64,000 nucleotides of DNA from positions 55,304,001 through 55,368,000 of the forward strand of contig OX597822.1 in NCBI GenBank assembly GCA_951406725.2, written 5' to 3'. Below the pieces are notes generated by a model. It was not told where the DNA came from and ran no database searches. It saw only the letters and a list, made by a program, of their open reading frames with translations. Made by a program: the position numbers and the translations under genes. The DNA is from Octopus vulgaris (lineage: Eukaryota). Every line of letters begins with the position of its first letter. The first letter of the stretch is position 1. This document shows positions 14,060 through 27,797 of this stretch, piece by piece.

Positions 14060-15730
14060 TACGTGCGTACTGTCAATAAAAACAATGCATACATAATAGA
14101 CTCAGTATTGTTCTATGGGACAATTAAGTACCACCGTAGAGGTCAGCTGTTTTGAGGATAGGAATGTCTCGTCTAAAATTAAGGAAAGGGTGAGAAACTT
14201 ATGGCGCTTATTCCCAGACTATTGATTTTCATTTTTACCGATTATCATAGAAGTACTAAGTTATGTTTCAATAGATTCGTGTAAAAGCATACAAACAGAT
14301 TTGTTTAAAAACAACAGAACAAATCTTCAAAAACAGGAAAAAAAATAAGACGAAGCCTCCAGATAAAATTGAATCGATGGACGGTGGAAATTTGCAAAAC
14401 AATCCAGCAATTCCCCTTTTGGCGTCTTTTTGTGATGGACTTATACACAAAATTGTGTATATATATGGTGTGTTGTGAATTTATGGAAAGAAATCTAATA
14501 AAACTCAAGTTTTTATAAAAATGCAGAAGAGAAGGTGTTAAAATATATGAGAGAATTTTAATTCATGCAAACGATCGTTTCGTACAGCGATATAAAAATC
14601 ATGCAAATTTATGGTTGAATAGAATTAATTAAATTAATTAGATTAATTATATATCATTGTACTCTTCATTGCAAGAAGTATAAGCAATTTTTTTTATATG
14701 TGGCTGTATTTGTATCTATATGCGTATGCCCTTTTTTTCTTTCTTTGCACCGGTATGAGTATATATACTTGTATACGGTGTTCCTTCCTTTATGTATTCC
14801 CTAATAAAAATTAAAAAACCGGAATTCATACATCATGCATACTAATGAGCAGATATTCCTCTACTCACGTAGAAATAAATATACTAACAATTTTTTCCTT
14901 ATAAGTTTCTTATAGGATATTGTGTATAAATTTTTTGTATACTTATGTACACCCCTAAACTCCTAAATTCTCTTATAATCATAATACACAATACTCTTCT
15001 GTTACTCGAATATTAATACAAACCTAATATCACACTATATATCCCTCTCACATTATGCCAGGCTAGTTTCTTGCCTCATATTTTTATTTATACTTAAATA
15101 TAGTTACATATCAATACCTATAAATTAAACCCTCTTTTCTCTATTTTTCATTCCTAGCTCATTTATCTCCCCTATATTGTTATGTATCCGTATCCCTACA
15201 TCCAATAATAAATCCATGCTCTCCTTTTTCATCTTTATAGCCACAGCAAGTATTTACTATCTAATTGTAATATTAACAACTATTTCTCTGTTTTTACTTA
15301 TTTTTCTACCTTACATTTAATGCACATTAACGAATATTAGTTCTTATGCAAACACTAGTCCATTTTACGAATCTTTTTTCTCTCTTTAATACGTTTTTAC
15401 CTCTATAACACTTGTTTAAGTTAACAATCCACTAGCTCTTTACGCAATCTCCTCTAGTTTAACCTCATTCTCATGTATTAAAATTTTTTTTTTAAATATA
15501 TACCACATTAAGTATTGTTTCTAATTGTCAGGTCACATCTTAATTCAAATATAGCCATGCTTTTCCATTGGACATTTCTATACAATCTTTTCCCTACACG
15601 ACTTATTTGAAGTTAGAATTTCTAATCTCCTTACTCATCTTTAGAGGGAACGTCTCTAAAACCTCTCTCACTTATAATTTCAAATAACCGTTATAGTTTT
15701 AGTTAATACCTAACTGGACTCACATATATC
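14060..15730. mobile_element. Highly decayed L1/Tx1-like LINE fragments
   Basis: A plus-strand piece ends AATAAAAATTAAAAAA at ~14818. A minus-strand piece encodes AWHNVRGI near 15045-15062, like the APE WNVRG motif. Confidence 0.3.
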
Positions 15731-15776
15731 TTTCTTTCTCGTAAGGATAAATATATATATTTATACAAACGATCCT

Positions 15777-15822
<46 letters not shown>

Positions 15823-16182
15823 GCTTATGAAACACACGCGTCTGTGTATCAAAATTGACACTCACACCTATTACACAAGTGCAAGTTTATTTACAAATGC
15901 ATCAAACTCGTTCACATATTCACAAATGCTTAGGAACTGTCTTCGCTCCAACAAAAGAGCGTTGTCAGTTTGTAAGTGGCCTGCTTGAAGGATGAACTAA
16001 AATAAATATTAAAAAATAGCATGCAGAAACACATATGCACACACACATGCATATATATATATATATATATATATCACCGTGACCGACCAGGCTATCAGAT
16101 GTTGTTACACATCGCTGGTCACAATGCGCTTCGCATTGTTTTAGCCTTCAAATGACGCCACCCCGCTGGCTAAGCGAGCAGG

Positions 16183-16233
<51 letters not shown>

Positions 16234-16290
16234 GTGTGTGTGTTATATATAGTGCATGAATATATTGATATTAACATTTACATATACATT

Positions 16291-16394
<104 letters not shown>

Positions 16395-16434
16395 TGTATG
16401 TATGTATGTATGTATGTATGTATGTATGTATGTA

Positions 16435-16548
<114 letters not shown>

Positions 16549-16557
16549 CACACACAC

Positions 16558-16614
<57 letters not shown>

Positions 16615-17018
16615 CGCACATACACATACACATGCAGATGAAGAGAGGATGAAAAAAAGAGAGACAGTGAAAAAAGAAGCAGAGAGTGACAAAGAGAGAA
16701 GTGGTATGGGGTAAGCGAGAAATACACTCGAGAAAACGCGGAGTACACAAATACAAAGAATATATTAGAATACATTAGAAGGAGGCGATAAATTCGAGGC
16801 TAAAACATTAGACGAACAAAAGTCTTCTCATGAAAGCTTCTCCCATCAAGTGTCCATGGTTTTCGTACTCCTCCCACATTCTCTTCATATCAGTTCACTT
16901 CAGTGTTTATGTATGTGAACACACATAAATATTTAGAGGTGTAAACGTACAACTCCCATCACGAATTGTGCATTATATAAATGTGTATGTGTGTATGGTA
17001 TACATACATACACACACC

Positions 17019-17089
<71 letters not shown>

Positions 17090-17217
17090 TGTGTGCGTGT
17101 ATACACACACACATATGTAATGCACTTATTCACATGGGTCGACTCTACTAAAAATATAGGTCTTTAAAAGGTCACTGGATATCGTAAGACGATTTTTATG
17201 TTCACACCTAAACCGTA

Positions 17218-17249
<32 letters not shown>

Positions 17250-17280
17250 ATGTGTGTGTCTGTGTATATATATATATATG

Positions 17281-17657
<377 letters not shown>

Positions 17658-17871
17658 CACATATATATATATATGTGTGTGTGTGTGTATGTATGTGTAT
17701 ATATATATATATATAAAAACTGAAATGAATTGACAATACGACGGCGTAGATGGAAGTACGAAAAGATGGATACTTAGTGAGAGAAACTTTGGTGAAGAAA
17801 TGTCAATTCGATACCATTTCAGTCTCAAATTAATCTTCATATATTGTATTCTTTATATGAGCATGGTCCAC

Positions 17872-17918
<47 letters not shown>

Positions 17919-18272
17919 TGAGTCTGTGTGCGTGTGTATGTGTGAGTGTGTGTGTGTCTGCGCGTGTGTGTACCTCTCGCTACCACTTTATTTTCTTTCT
18001 CTCTTTTTTCTTTCATCCTCTCTCTCTCTTACACACACGCGCGCGCGCGCACTGTCTCTCTCCCTCTCTTACACACATATACACACACACACATCGAACA
18101 GACTGTCGACTTTTGTAAAAATATATATAACTCTTCACTCTAACCAACGTATTGAGTTCTACATCAAGTAACCCTTGCACTGTATAAAATGTATATATAT
18201 ATGTACATATTTTACAACTCGTACATAACGATAAATATGTAGGTGTGTATAGACACATATGCATATTATCGG

Positions 18273-18422
18273 TCATACATACATAGTGCGTGTATTTTGT
18301 TTACACGCCAAATTTGCTGCGGGATAGCGTCCAGGGAAGCTTTCCACACGATGCCGAATGTTAAAGAACATCTGAATGTCACAGACCAAGTGAAACAATA
18401 GCAGAAACCGATGTATCGCCAT
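18273..18422 (-). CDS. Candidate first coding exon / small ORF with signal-peptide-like N-terminus
   Basis: MAIHRFLLLFHLVCDIQMFFNIRHRVESFPGRYPAANLACKQNTRTMYV. It sits in a unique CpG-retaining island with upstream TATATAA and TCACTT and possible GTATGT/GTATGA donors. No homology recognised. Confidence 0.25.
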   Translation of the reverse strand: MAIHRFLLLFHLVCDIQMFFNIRHRVESFPGRYPAANLACKQNTRTMYV

Positions 18423-18561
18423 TAGTGTGCCTTATCAATATCATGTGCTCGGATCATCTCGAAACGAAGTGAACCGCTGGTTTGTGACTTATATACAAAT
18501 AGAGTGAAGTCTATTTGCTGATGAGCTACGGCGTAGCGCATGTGAAAGAAAATTAAATTGC

Positions 18562-18644
<83 letters not shown>

Positions 18645-18701
18645 AATGCAAGAGAGACAAAGAGAGAGAAAGAGAAACATATGAAGAGAAATAGGACAGA
18701 G

Positions 18702-18920
18702 CAGTGGTTTTCAACCAGGGTTCCTCGGAACCTTAGGGTTCCGCCAGTACAGTCCAGGGGTTCCGCAAGAAGTTACAAAACTGCTAAAATCGGCAGTAAT
18801 TTTTGATTCTCCTGTACAGATATGTGTGCATAAGACTATTAAATTATTGCACAGGGGTTCCTCGAGCCAGTGGAATGTTTCCTTGGGGTTCCGCTCCAGC
18901 AAAAAGTTTGAAAAGCACTG
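18702..18920. mobile_element. hAT (Charlie-like) MITE
   Basis: TIRs CAGTGGTTTTCAA / TTGAAAAGCACTG, perfect 8-bp TSD GGACAGAG, internal GGGTTCC repeats. Confidence 0.92.
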
Positions 18921-19281
18921 GGACAGAGTATGAAAGGGGATTCTAAAAAGTGAAAGGCTGAGTTTCTCTGTGTTTTTGAAGTGTTTTTAACAGCATCTTT
19001 GTAAGTAAAATAACAGGATTAGCATGTAGATATATATGTGTGTATATGTGTGTGTGTATGTGATGTATATATATACACGTTGGCTTTGATTGTGAAGAAA
19101 GATACAGAGGGATAGAGAGTGAAAGCATAAGAATTTGAAGGAACAAGAAAGTAGACGCAAGAAAAAGAAGCGAAAGTGATGCGGATATTTAAAGATGAAG
19201 AAGGAGGAGGTGAAGTTAGAATATCAAGATATCGCAAAATGTGTGTGTACGTGTAAATATAAATATATATGTAATTTTTTT

Positions 19282-19697
19282 TTTTTTTCACTACCCACAA
19301 GGGGCTAAACATAGAGGGGACAAACAAGGACAGACAAACGGATTAAGTCGATTACATCGACCCCAGTGCGAAACTGGTACTTTATTTATCGACCCCGAAA
19401 GGATGAAAGGTAAAGTCGACCTCGGCGGAATTTGAACTCACAACGTAACGACAGACGAAATACCTATTTATTTATTATCCACAAGGGGCTAAACACAGAG
19501 GGGACAAACAAGGTCAGACATAGGTATTAAGTCGATTACATCGACCCAGTGCGTAACTGGTACTTAATTTATCGACCCCGAAAGGATGAAAGGCAAAGTC
19601 GACCTCGGCGGAATTTGAACTCACAACGTAACGACAGACGAAATACCGCTAAGCATTTCGCCCGGCGCGCTAACGTTTCTGCCAGCTCGCCGCCTTA
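19282..19697 (-). mobile_element. SINE family 4 (Meta-domain-like), head plus two body units
   Basis: AGGCGGCGAGCTGGCAGAAACGTTAG head, GCCTTTCATCCTTTCGGGGTCGAT domain, TSD AATATATATGTAA, internal junction at ~19464. Confidence 0.88.
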
Positions 19698-20654
19698 ATA
19701 TATATGTAAATATATATGTAAATGATTAAGGTAATCGTTACAATCAAAATAATATAAACTAGTTAATTAAAGTATGGTATTTATGCATTTTTATTCAGTT
19801 AGGCTTTTACCGGTTAGTGGATTGTGCCCATGCTGGGGCACTGCTTTCAAGAGTTATATTGATCATAATGATCCTAGTTATTACGTTAAACTTTGGTACT
19901 TATTTTATCAATTCGTATTTGTCGATCCGCTATGCTACGGTGCATCAACAACATCACTGGTTTTAGGCAGCGTAAACTTAAACGTACAAGCACACAAATA
20001 AGCACACACACACTCTCTCTCCCTCTCTCTCTCTATCTCTCTCCCTCTCTCTCTCTCTCTCACTCTCTCATTCTCTCTCACAAACACACACACGCACGCG
20101 CGATGGGCTTTCATACTGTTTCTCTCTGTCAAATTTTACTCAATGCATTAACTCGAGACTATTGCAGCAGTGGATACTATTCAGTGGGACCGAATCAAGT
20201 ATCACATGGTTAGGAAGCCATGTTTGCGCCTATATCACTGGTAACTTGGGTGGTAAGAAGCTTGTTTCCCAATCATATGCTTCCGGGTCCAGTCTCATTG
20301 CATGGTACCTCAGGCCGACCAAAGCCTTGTGAGTAGATGTGATAGATGGGAACTGAAAGAAGCCCGTCATATATTATATACACACGCACGCACACGCGCA
20401 CACACGCGCACACACACGCACACACAACACCATGACAACCACACACACTTGACAAACAGACGCCATCTGACCAAACACTACAGACACACAGACACATCTA
20501 TTCACACACACGCAGAGAGACACACATATTCACCTCATCCTAACCCCAAAATCATTGATGCTTGAAGGAAAGCCAAAAACAGAAAAAAACGGGTACATCT
20601 TTCTCAATTCTACATTTCTGCTAAAACGGACAGGTCAGTAAACAAGCTCGCCTT

Positions 20655-21075
20655 GAATTCATAATATTCTGTACTGACCCTGAGATGTATAATATATTTA
20701 TTTTAATCTTTTCTGCCCATTTTTTCAAATATTCTCATCATACTGTTGTACTTTCTTATGTCCTTAACATGTCCTTGTTACCAAAGACTGTATATATACA
20801 TGTAATGTGGCAATTTGCAACAGCCAATAATTAACGCAACCAAACTTCCAATAATATATTTGTTTTATTCTTTTCTGCCCATTTTTTCAAATATTCTCAT
20901 CACACTGTTGTACTTCTTTATGTCCTTAACATGTCCCTGTTACCAAAGACTGTATATATACATGTAATGTGGCAATTATGTAAAAACTTTTTTGAATTCA
21001 TAATATTCTATGTTACTTTTGACAATCTTTTTCCAAAGAGTGAAACCGGTTAAGTAAATAAACATCTTTTAAATT
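20655..21075 (+). mobile_element. Penelope-like relic: ~110 bp direct repeat plus degenerate hammerhead
   Basis: Direct repeat ~20708-20816 / ~20869-20977. TTACTT TTGACAA TCTTT TTCC AAAGA GT GAAA CCGG TT AAGTAA at 21013-21057. Confidence 0.5.
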
Positions 21076-21140
21076 GCATTTTCAAACCTTCTTTCGTATA
21101 TAATTCCACTCGTGCGATACCCCACAACTCAACTTTGTTA

Positions 21141-21222
<82 letters not shown>

Positions 21223-21700
21223 GGTACCATTATATATATATATATAATGGTACCAAAAATATGGATGTACATTGACAGAATAATATCATGGATAGATTAT
21301 ATCTTCAATTTCGTTCCATAGTTACTTCTTGACGTCAAATGAGAAATAGTAGGTAACATCTGAAGAGATGAGAAGAACTCTAGCTTTCAGAGATGCTGTC
21401 TCTTGAAACTACACATCCAGTATTACATATATGAAGTTTTACATAATTTAAAGAATGAACTATTTCAAACAAAATAAAATTTCAAAAGAAATCATATATT
21501 TCACGATTCTCTATAAAATTCCGACCATCTTATAGTTTTCAAAATAACCGTGGAATTTCCATAGATACTGCAGGTATGTACGTATGTATGTATGTATGTA
21601 TGTATGTATGTATGTATGTATGTATGTATGTATGTATGTATGTATGTATGTCTATTATTTTACATTATTTACATTATTTACATTTGACGAAATTTCCCAA

Positions 21701-21746
21701 GACACCTGATGAAGGCTGGAGGGTATATCAGCCGAAACGTTGTGTT
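21701..21746 (+). ncRNA. Type I minimal hammerhead ribozyme within an inverted Penelope-like pLTR
   Basis: GACAC CUGAUGA A GGCUG gaggguauau CAGCC GAAAC GUU^GUGUU, flanked by the inverted repeat CATTATTTACATTATTTACATTTGAC / GTCAAATGTAAATAATGTAAATAATG. Confidence 0.75.
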
Positions 21747-22002
21747 AACAACAAACAAGATGAGGACAAATATCTGTCAAATGTAAATAATGTAAATAAT
21801 GCACATAATTCTTCATCTCTTAAATATAGTACTATGTATGTCATTATTCAGTTTTATTTTAAGATTTCTTGCCAATAGAGAAAGAGCCGGTTTCTAACCT
21901 AGATCCAACGCTCCTTCATTGGAATTTCAACATCAACAACAGGATATTTTTGTATGTATGTATGTATGTATGTATGTATGTATGTATGTATGTATGTATG
22001 TA

Positions 22003-22388
22003 TGTTCCACTGCATGGCACTTTGGGCAAGCATCTTCTACTATAGCCCCAGACTAACCAAAGTCTTGTGAGTGGATTTGGTAGGCGGAAACTGGAAGAAA
22101 CTCGTCTCATATATGTGTGTGTGAGTGTGTGAGTGTTTGTGTGTGTATGTATTTCTGTGTGTGTTTGTGCCTGTGTTTATCTCTCACCACTGCTTGACAA
22201 CCGGTGTTGGAATGTTTACATCCCCGTAATCTAACTGTTCGACCAAGGATACTGACAGAATAAGTACCAAACTTTAAAAAACAAAATAAATACCACGATC
22301 GATTCATTCGACTGAAAATTCTTCAAGGTGGTGCCCAGCATGGCCGCAGTCTAATGACTGAAACAAGTAAAAGCTAAAAGATAAAGAT
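22003..22388 (+). mobile_element. SINE family 1 (5'-truncated)
   Basis: Core and tail match the other copies. Confidence 0.8.
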
Positions 22389-22944
22389 ATCTTTATAATT
22401 AAATACTATTAGGAATTACATAAAGAAAATCGTTTAAATATTTTTGTGTATTGTACAAGTAAAACCGACTAATTGTACGTGAGCTTTAATAACAACTTAG
22501 ATGGGTCCCAAGCATCATATGGTGCCTTATTGAGGACCATATCTTAAGCTGAATCTTTTCTGTTGGGACAAAACTTCTGTGTGAATTTAATTTCCACTAG
22601 TCTCTCTCCTACCCGCTACAGAAGCTCTGAAGTAGGCCATCCCCACTCCACTTTTTCCTCGGGTTAATTCATGAAAAAGAAAAAAATTAGATTGTTTATT
22701 ATATGCAACACCAACCACACTCCCCACCTAGATTTTCATGTAATCGCACGTAGGCACATTTAGTAATAGATAATTTTGATGGATTAATAAACAATGTCCT
22801 GTTGGGTAGCGTTTTAGTTTTTCTAAACAGTAATAGATTAAGGCGTGGCACCTCAGCAGGATGCCGTTGAAACTATTGACAAAGCTCTTTAGGTTATAAG
22901 CAAAACTGAGAATTATGATGTTAGTGCTGTTGCTGTAGTAGCCG

Positions 22945-23320
22945 TGAAGGCGCATGGCTCAGTAGTTAGAGCATCGGGTTCGCAATCATGTGGTAGTGAG
23001 TTTGATTCCCGGACCGGGCTGTGTGGTGTGTTCTTGAGCAAGACACTTCATTTCCCATTGCTCCCGTTCACTCAGCTGTAGAAATGAGTTGTGACGTTAC
23101 TGGTGCCCAGCTGTAGAAATGAGTTGTGACGTCACTGGTGCCCAGCTGTATCGGCCTTCACCTTTCATTTGGATAACATAGGTGGCATGGAGAGGGGAGA
23201 CTGGTATGCATGGACGACTGCCAGTCTTCCATAAAAAACCTTGCCCAGACTTGTACCTCGGAGGGAAACTTTCTAGGTGCAATCCCGTGGTCATTCATGA
23301 CCGAAGGCGATCTTTACCCG
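22945..23320 (+). mobile_element. tRNA-derived SINE, family 3
   Basis: GAAGGCGCATGGCTCAGTAGTTAG head, GTGTTCTTGAGCAAGACACTT core, ~35-bp internal tandem duplication. The 3' end matches positions 1-110 of the window. Confidence 0.8.
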
Positions 23321-23573
23321 TTTACCTTGTTGTAGTAGCTACTGTTACTGCCCAGGTAAAACCATCTTGTATTCCACTTACACCAGTGGTTCTCTACGGT
23401 GGTCCACATGACCCCCTGAAGGTCCATATAAGAATGGATGTGGCGGAAGTCCACGCAAAGAAAATAGTAATTTGAAGATCTATGGTGGTATTTTAAGAAT
23501 CCATGAGAAAGTTTTGCTTTTGATCTATTTATTGCAAGAAACGGCGAAGTTTGTTTCTTTAACATTTTATATA

Positions 23574-24085
23574 CCGTAAATCCTCGGGTATAATCCCCAT
23601 TTTTCCCCAAAATTAAAAGATCAAAATCCCTAGGGCGTACTATATACGAGGTTTAAAATGAAAATTATTTTCTAAGCAATGTCTGAGTCTCTATTTGCTA
23701 TCCGGCAATGTTTATTTAGACGCATTTTGTGATGTCGGGCGCGAAAATACATTAAGCTAAGCCTGAAAGCAATGAAGTCATAAAAGAAACATCCATAGCT
23801 TGCTGTAAGCAACATTTATTAAACGTTATTACTGTTATTTCTTTATTTTCTGTAAACAAAATGCACAAAAATGCTACACGTTTGCATTATGTTATATATA
23901 CAATAATAATAAAGGACGTTACCGTATACATTTTTACAAACCAAGGACGTTATATAGACCTCCTTGACTGAAGTTAGAGAAGGTGTGCGTATTATACACA
24001 AGGTTTAGGTTTTTCAGAGGTACAACCCCCTAAAAATCCCCTGCGTATTATACTTAATGTTCGGACTATACTCGAGGATTTACTT
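23574..24085 (-). mobile_element. pogo-like MITE (CCGTAAATCCTCG TIR)
   Basis: Reverse-orientation copy of 38661-39183; TA at the left end. Confidence 0.85.
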
Positions 24086-24215
24086 GTGTAGTTTAAACTA
24101 CACAAGTCAATGTATGATGAACAAACTAGGAATTTTGAAAGAAGTATCAATAAAATTGGTTTTTAAACATCAAATGGTTTGGGGGGTTCGCCAGAATAAA
24201 ATAGTAATCAAATAT

Positions 24216-24612
24216 AGGAGCAGGAGTGGCTGTGTGGTAAGTAGCATGCTTACAAACCACATGGTTCCGGGTTCATTCCCACTGTGTGGCACCTTGGGTA
24301 AGTGTTTTCTACTATAGCCTCGGCCCGACCAAAGCGTTGTGAGTGGATTTGGTGGATGGAAACTGAAAGAAGCCCGTCCTATATATGTATATATATGTGT
24401 ATGTGTGTGTATATGTTTGTCCCCTCAACATCGCTTGACAACCGATGGTGGTGTGTTTACGTCCCCATAACCTAGCGGTTCGGCAAAAAGAGATCGATAG
24501 AATAAATACTAGGCTTCCAAAATATAAGTCCTGGGGTCGATTTGCTCGATAAAGGCGGTGCTCCAGCATGGCCGCAGTCAAATGACCGAAACAAGTAAAA
24601 GAGCTAAAAGTG
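24216..24612 (+). mobile_element. SINE family 1 nested in the hAT MITE
   Basis: Full head, core and tail. Confidence 0.88.
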
Positions 24613-24934
24613 ATAAAATAATAATCAAAGGGATCCACCAATAAAAAATGGTTGAGAACCACTGATTTAGACGAATACACACAAAAAAAAAACTACATTA
24701 TCCAATGTAGCCTTCTTTTTTAAAGACAGCGTAATATCGTATGAAGGAGATTTGGCAGTTATTTCTGTCATATCCAGCAAAGGTACAGTGATTCCCCTCG
24801 TTCGCTGGCTCGGAGTAGTTAAGAAATAGAATAGTATTGTGGTAGCTCTTCCGGCGTATCGATTCAGTTGTTGCTGCTAAACCCTCGATCAACCTTTATC
24901 GAGCAAACATAGGCCAAGAGGCACACCAACTGCA

Positions 24935-25275
24935 CGCGGTCGGAGGATCGTGGTTTCGATTCCCAGACTGGGCATTGTGTGTGTTTATTGAGCGAAAACA
25001 CCTAAAGCTCCACGAAATTCCGGCAGGGGGTGGTGGCGACCCCTGTTGTACTCTTTCGCTCCAACTTTCTCTCACTTTTTCTTCCTGTTTCTTGTCCCCG
25101 ACTTCCTACGCAACCGCTGAGCCTGGATGCACATTCATCCATCCGTCGATGCTCTCGGTGTCGGGGGTTGACCTGCTTTCTCTTCTGCGTGTCTTACGAA
25201 TAGCAAAGGATCACGTTTCGGACTTCTCCCACTCTGAGACGAAGACCGCTTCGCTCAACAAACAAGCAAACAAAC
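24935..25275 (+). mobile_element. SINE family 2 variant with (AAAC)n tail
   Basis: GGTTTCGATTCCCAGAC B box and GAGCGAAAACACCTAAAGCTCCACG body shared with 9568-9887. Confidence 0.8.
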
Positions 25276-25557
25276 AAACAAGCACCAACCGCAACAACCA
25301 CTTCTTTTATTTCTCTTTTTCAAGTCAAGGTGCACCCTAGGCCATGCTCTTCAGTGTGATTTTAAGCTACAGGAACAAACGTTATTTGTTCGTAATTTTC
25401 AACTGCTAATTCTACGCATATTTTTTTTATTCTAGTTGTCGGTCTTTTTCTTCTTAAAAAGAATAGCCATTTTTGCTTCTTTTTTTTTTTTTTTTTCAGA
25501 ATAATTGAACAATGAAAATTGTGACGCTCACCCGCTAACACACACATACATACAAAT

Positions 25558-25790
25558 TTGTGGAAGAGACATGGAGTCCTCTTTGGAATCCGCACCGGAA
25601 GGACAAACAAGGAGATTTCAGACTTCCTCAACATCAACAGAAGGATTGTGCAAACGGTCAGAAAGGAGCTGAAAGATTCAGGATTCGATTACGAGATGAT
25701 AGCAGAGAAGAAAACCCGTGATCGACGAACAGACGCCATCAGAACGTTGGAATTCGTCACTGAAACCCAGATCATCAACAATGATCCCAG
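25558..25790 (+). mobile_element. IS630-Tc1-mariner transposase N-terminal HTH fragment
   Basis: GRTNKEISDFLNINRRIVQTVRKEL...IRTLEFV...INNDP is a paired-like HTH plus linker; truncated. Confidence 0.55.
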
Positions 25791-25988
25791 GTCGAGTGGA
25801 CAGCATAGCAGCTTAATCGTCGATTCGGTCATTTCTGTAGTACGTCGTTGTGTTAGAATTTCTTACCATGAAGCCACTGCATCCGTGTTCTGTCTTGGCT
25901 CTGTTTTACAGGTTAAACTTCAATACAGAACAACGAGTTGATTAAACATTCATTAATTAATTCCTGTTAATCATAGTAGTAGAGTGCG

Positions 25989-26372
25989 TGGAGGCGCAAT
26001 GGCCCAGTGGTTAGGGCAGCGGACTCGCGGTCATAGGACCGCGGTTTCGATTCCCAGACCGGGCGTTGTGAGTGTTTATTGAGCGAAAACACCTAAAAGT
26101 TCCACGAGGCTCCGGCAGGGGATGGTGGTGATCCCTGCTGTACTCTTTCACCACAACTTTCTCTCACTCTTACTTCCTGTTTCTGTTGTACCTGTATTTC
26201 GAGGGGCCGGCCTTGTCACTCTCTGTGTCACGCTGAATATCCCCGAGAACTACATTAAGGGTGCATGTGTCTGTGGAGTGCTCAGCCACTTACACGTTAA
26301 TTTCACGAGCAGGCTGTTCCTTTGATCGGATCAACCGGAACCCTCGTCGTCGTAACCGACTGAGTGCTTCCT
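25989..26372 (+). mobile_element. SINE family 2, full length
   Basis: tRNA-like head; TAGTAGTAGA near both ends as probable TSD. Confidence 0.88.
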
Positions 26373-27254
26373 TTAGTAGTAGATTGAACTTCCTACACAT
26401 GTTGTAGATGAGATTTTTCTATTCTAAAGTCAATTACTAACCGATGAAATGGTTGATAAAAAAGTAAAGACGTTTAGCTTTAACATCTGTTGATCGATTC
26501 ACATAAGGCAAGTATCCACTCGACCTGCTAGAAATAGCAGTCAGCTTTTCCTTAAACCACACCATACCTTCTTTAAAAATACATTAGATAGGGTGATTCT
26601 AGATACACTATATCTGGAAAACAAAAACAGACGGAGTAGTCACGGATCAAATGCGTTTTAGTTATATATCTGTTGGATCAGAGCTGAAAGTTTCAACTCT
26701 GGGAAAAGGTTAAGTGTAGGATGAATGCAGTAAGGGTGAAGATAGCCGTGTACCTCAGATGGTCTGGGTTAGAGGTAATTTTTCGCTGACTAATAATTAA
26801 AAAATTTTAAAAGACCCATCTCATTCAGCTGATTAATACTCATCAATAGGCGGCAAACTGGCCGAGTCCTTGTACTGTATTCATTAGTGTTTATTTATTT
26901 ATTTTTTTCAGATTCTGATGGACACGTGGTAGCGCCGTCATTTCACACGGTGTATCTCGGACATTTTAATACTTAGTGAAGTCCATCTCTAGTTAGCTTT
27001 TGTCATAATCGATTTCTTCCAGATAGAGAGAGACACAGACAAGAAGAGAAGCATCAGTTCTAGTAAATGACAGGTATTTTATTTATCAAAACTTTTTATC
27101 CAAGAATGAAAGACAAGGTGGACCCGTGAGGGATTTGAACTCAGAAAGCAGAGAACTGGAACAACTGCCCTAAGACAATCTATTCTACACTCCAGCAATT
27201 CGGCCTGTTCGCCGCCTATAGGTGGGTATTAGTCAGCTGATGTAGATGGATTTA

Positions 27255-27289
<35 letters not shown>

Positions 27290-27320
27290 TATCATCTGTA
27301 GTAGTAGTAGTAGTAGTAGT

Positions 27321-27702
27321 AAGACGGCGAGCTGACAGAAACGTTAGCACGCCGGGCGAAATGCTTAGCAGTATTTCGTGTGCCTTTACGTTCTGAGTTC
27401 AAATTCCGCTGAGGTCGACTTTATCTTTCATCTTTTCGAGGTCGATTAAATAAGTACCAGTTACGCACTGGGGTCGATATAATCGACTTAATCCGTTTGT
27501 CTGTCCTTGTTTGCCCTCTCTGTGTTTAGCCCCTTGTGGGTAGTAAAGAAATAGGTATTTCACCCGTTGCTCCGTTCTGAGTTCAAATTGCCTTTCATCC
27601 TTTCGGGGTCGATAAAATAAGTACCAGTAAAACACTGGGGTCGATATAAACGACTAGTCCCTCTCCTCCTAAATTTCAGGCCTTGTGCCTTTAGTAGAAA
27701 GG
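27321..27702 (+). mobile_element. SINE family 4 composite (head, B body, A body)
   Basis: Junction AAAGAAATA|GGTATTTC at ~27553. Confidence 0.85.

Positions 27703-27796
<94 letters not shown>

Positions 27797-27797
<1 letters not shown>

Larger units (their letters stand above)
23384..24664. mobile_element. hAT MITE carrying two nested insertions
   Basis: TIRs CAGTGGTTCTC / GAGAACCACTG; flanks ACTTACAC / ATTTAGAC match 6 of 8. Confidence 0.75.

Noticed and set aside
21355-21420. CTGAAGA...GAAAC as another hammerhead
   Set aside because: No convincing stem I or stem III could be drawn.
25989-26065. tRNA-like sequence
   Set aside because: It continues into a SINE body with TSDs and lacks a proper acceptor stem and terminator. 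The same holds for the other heads.
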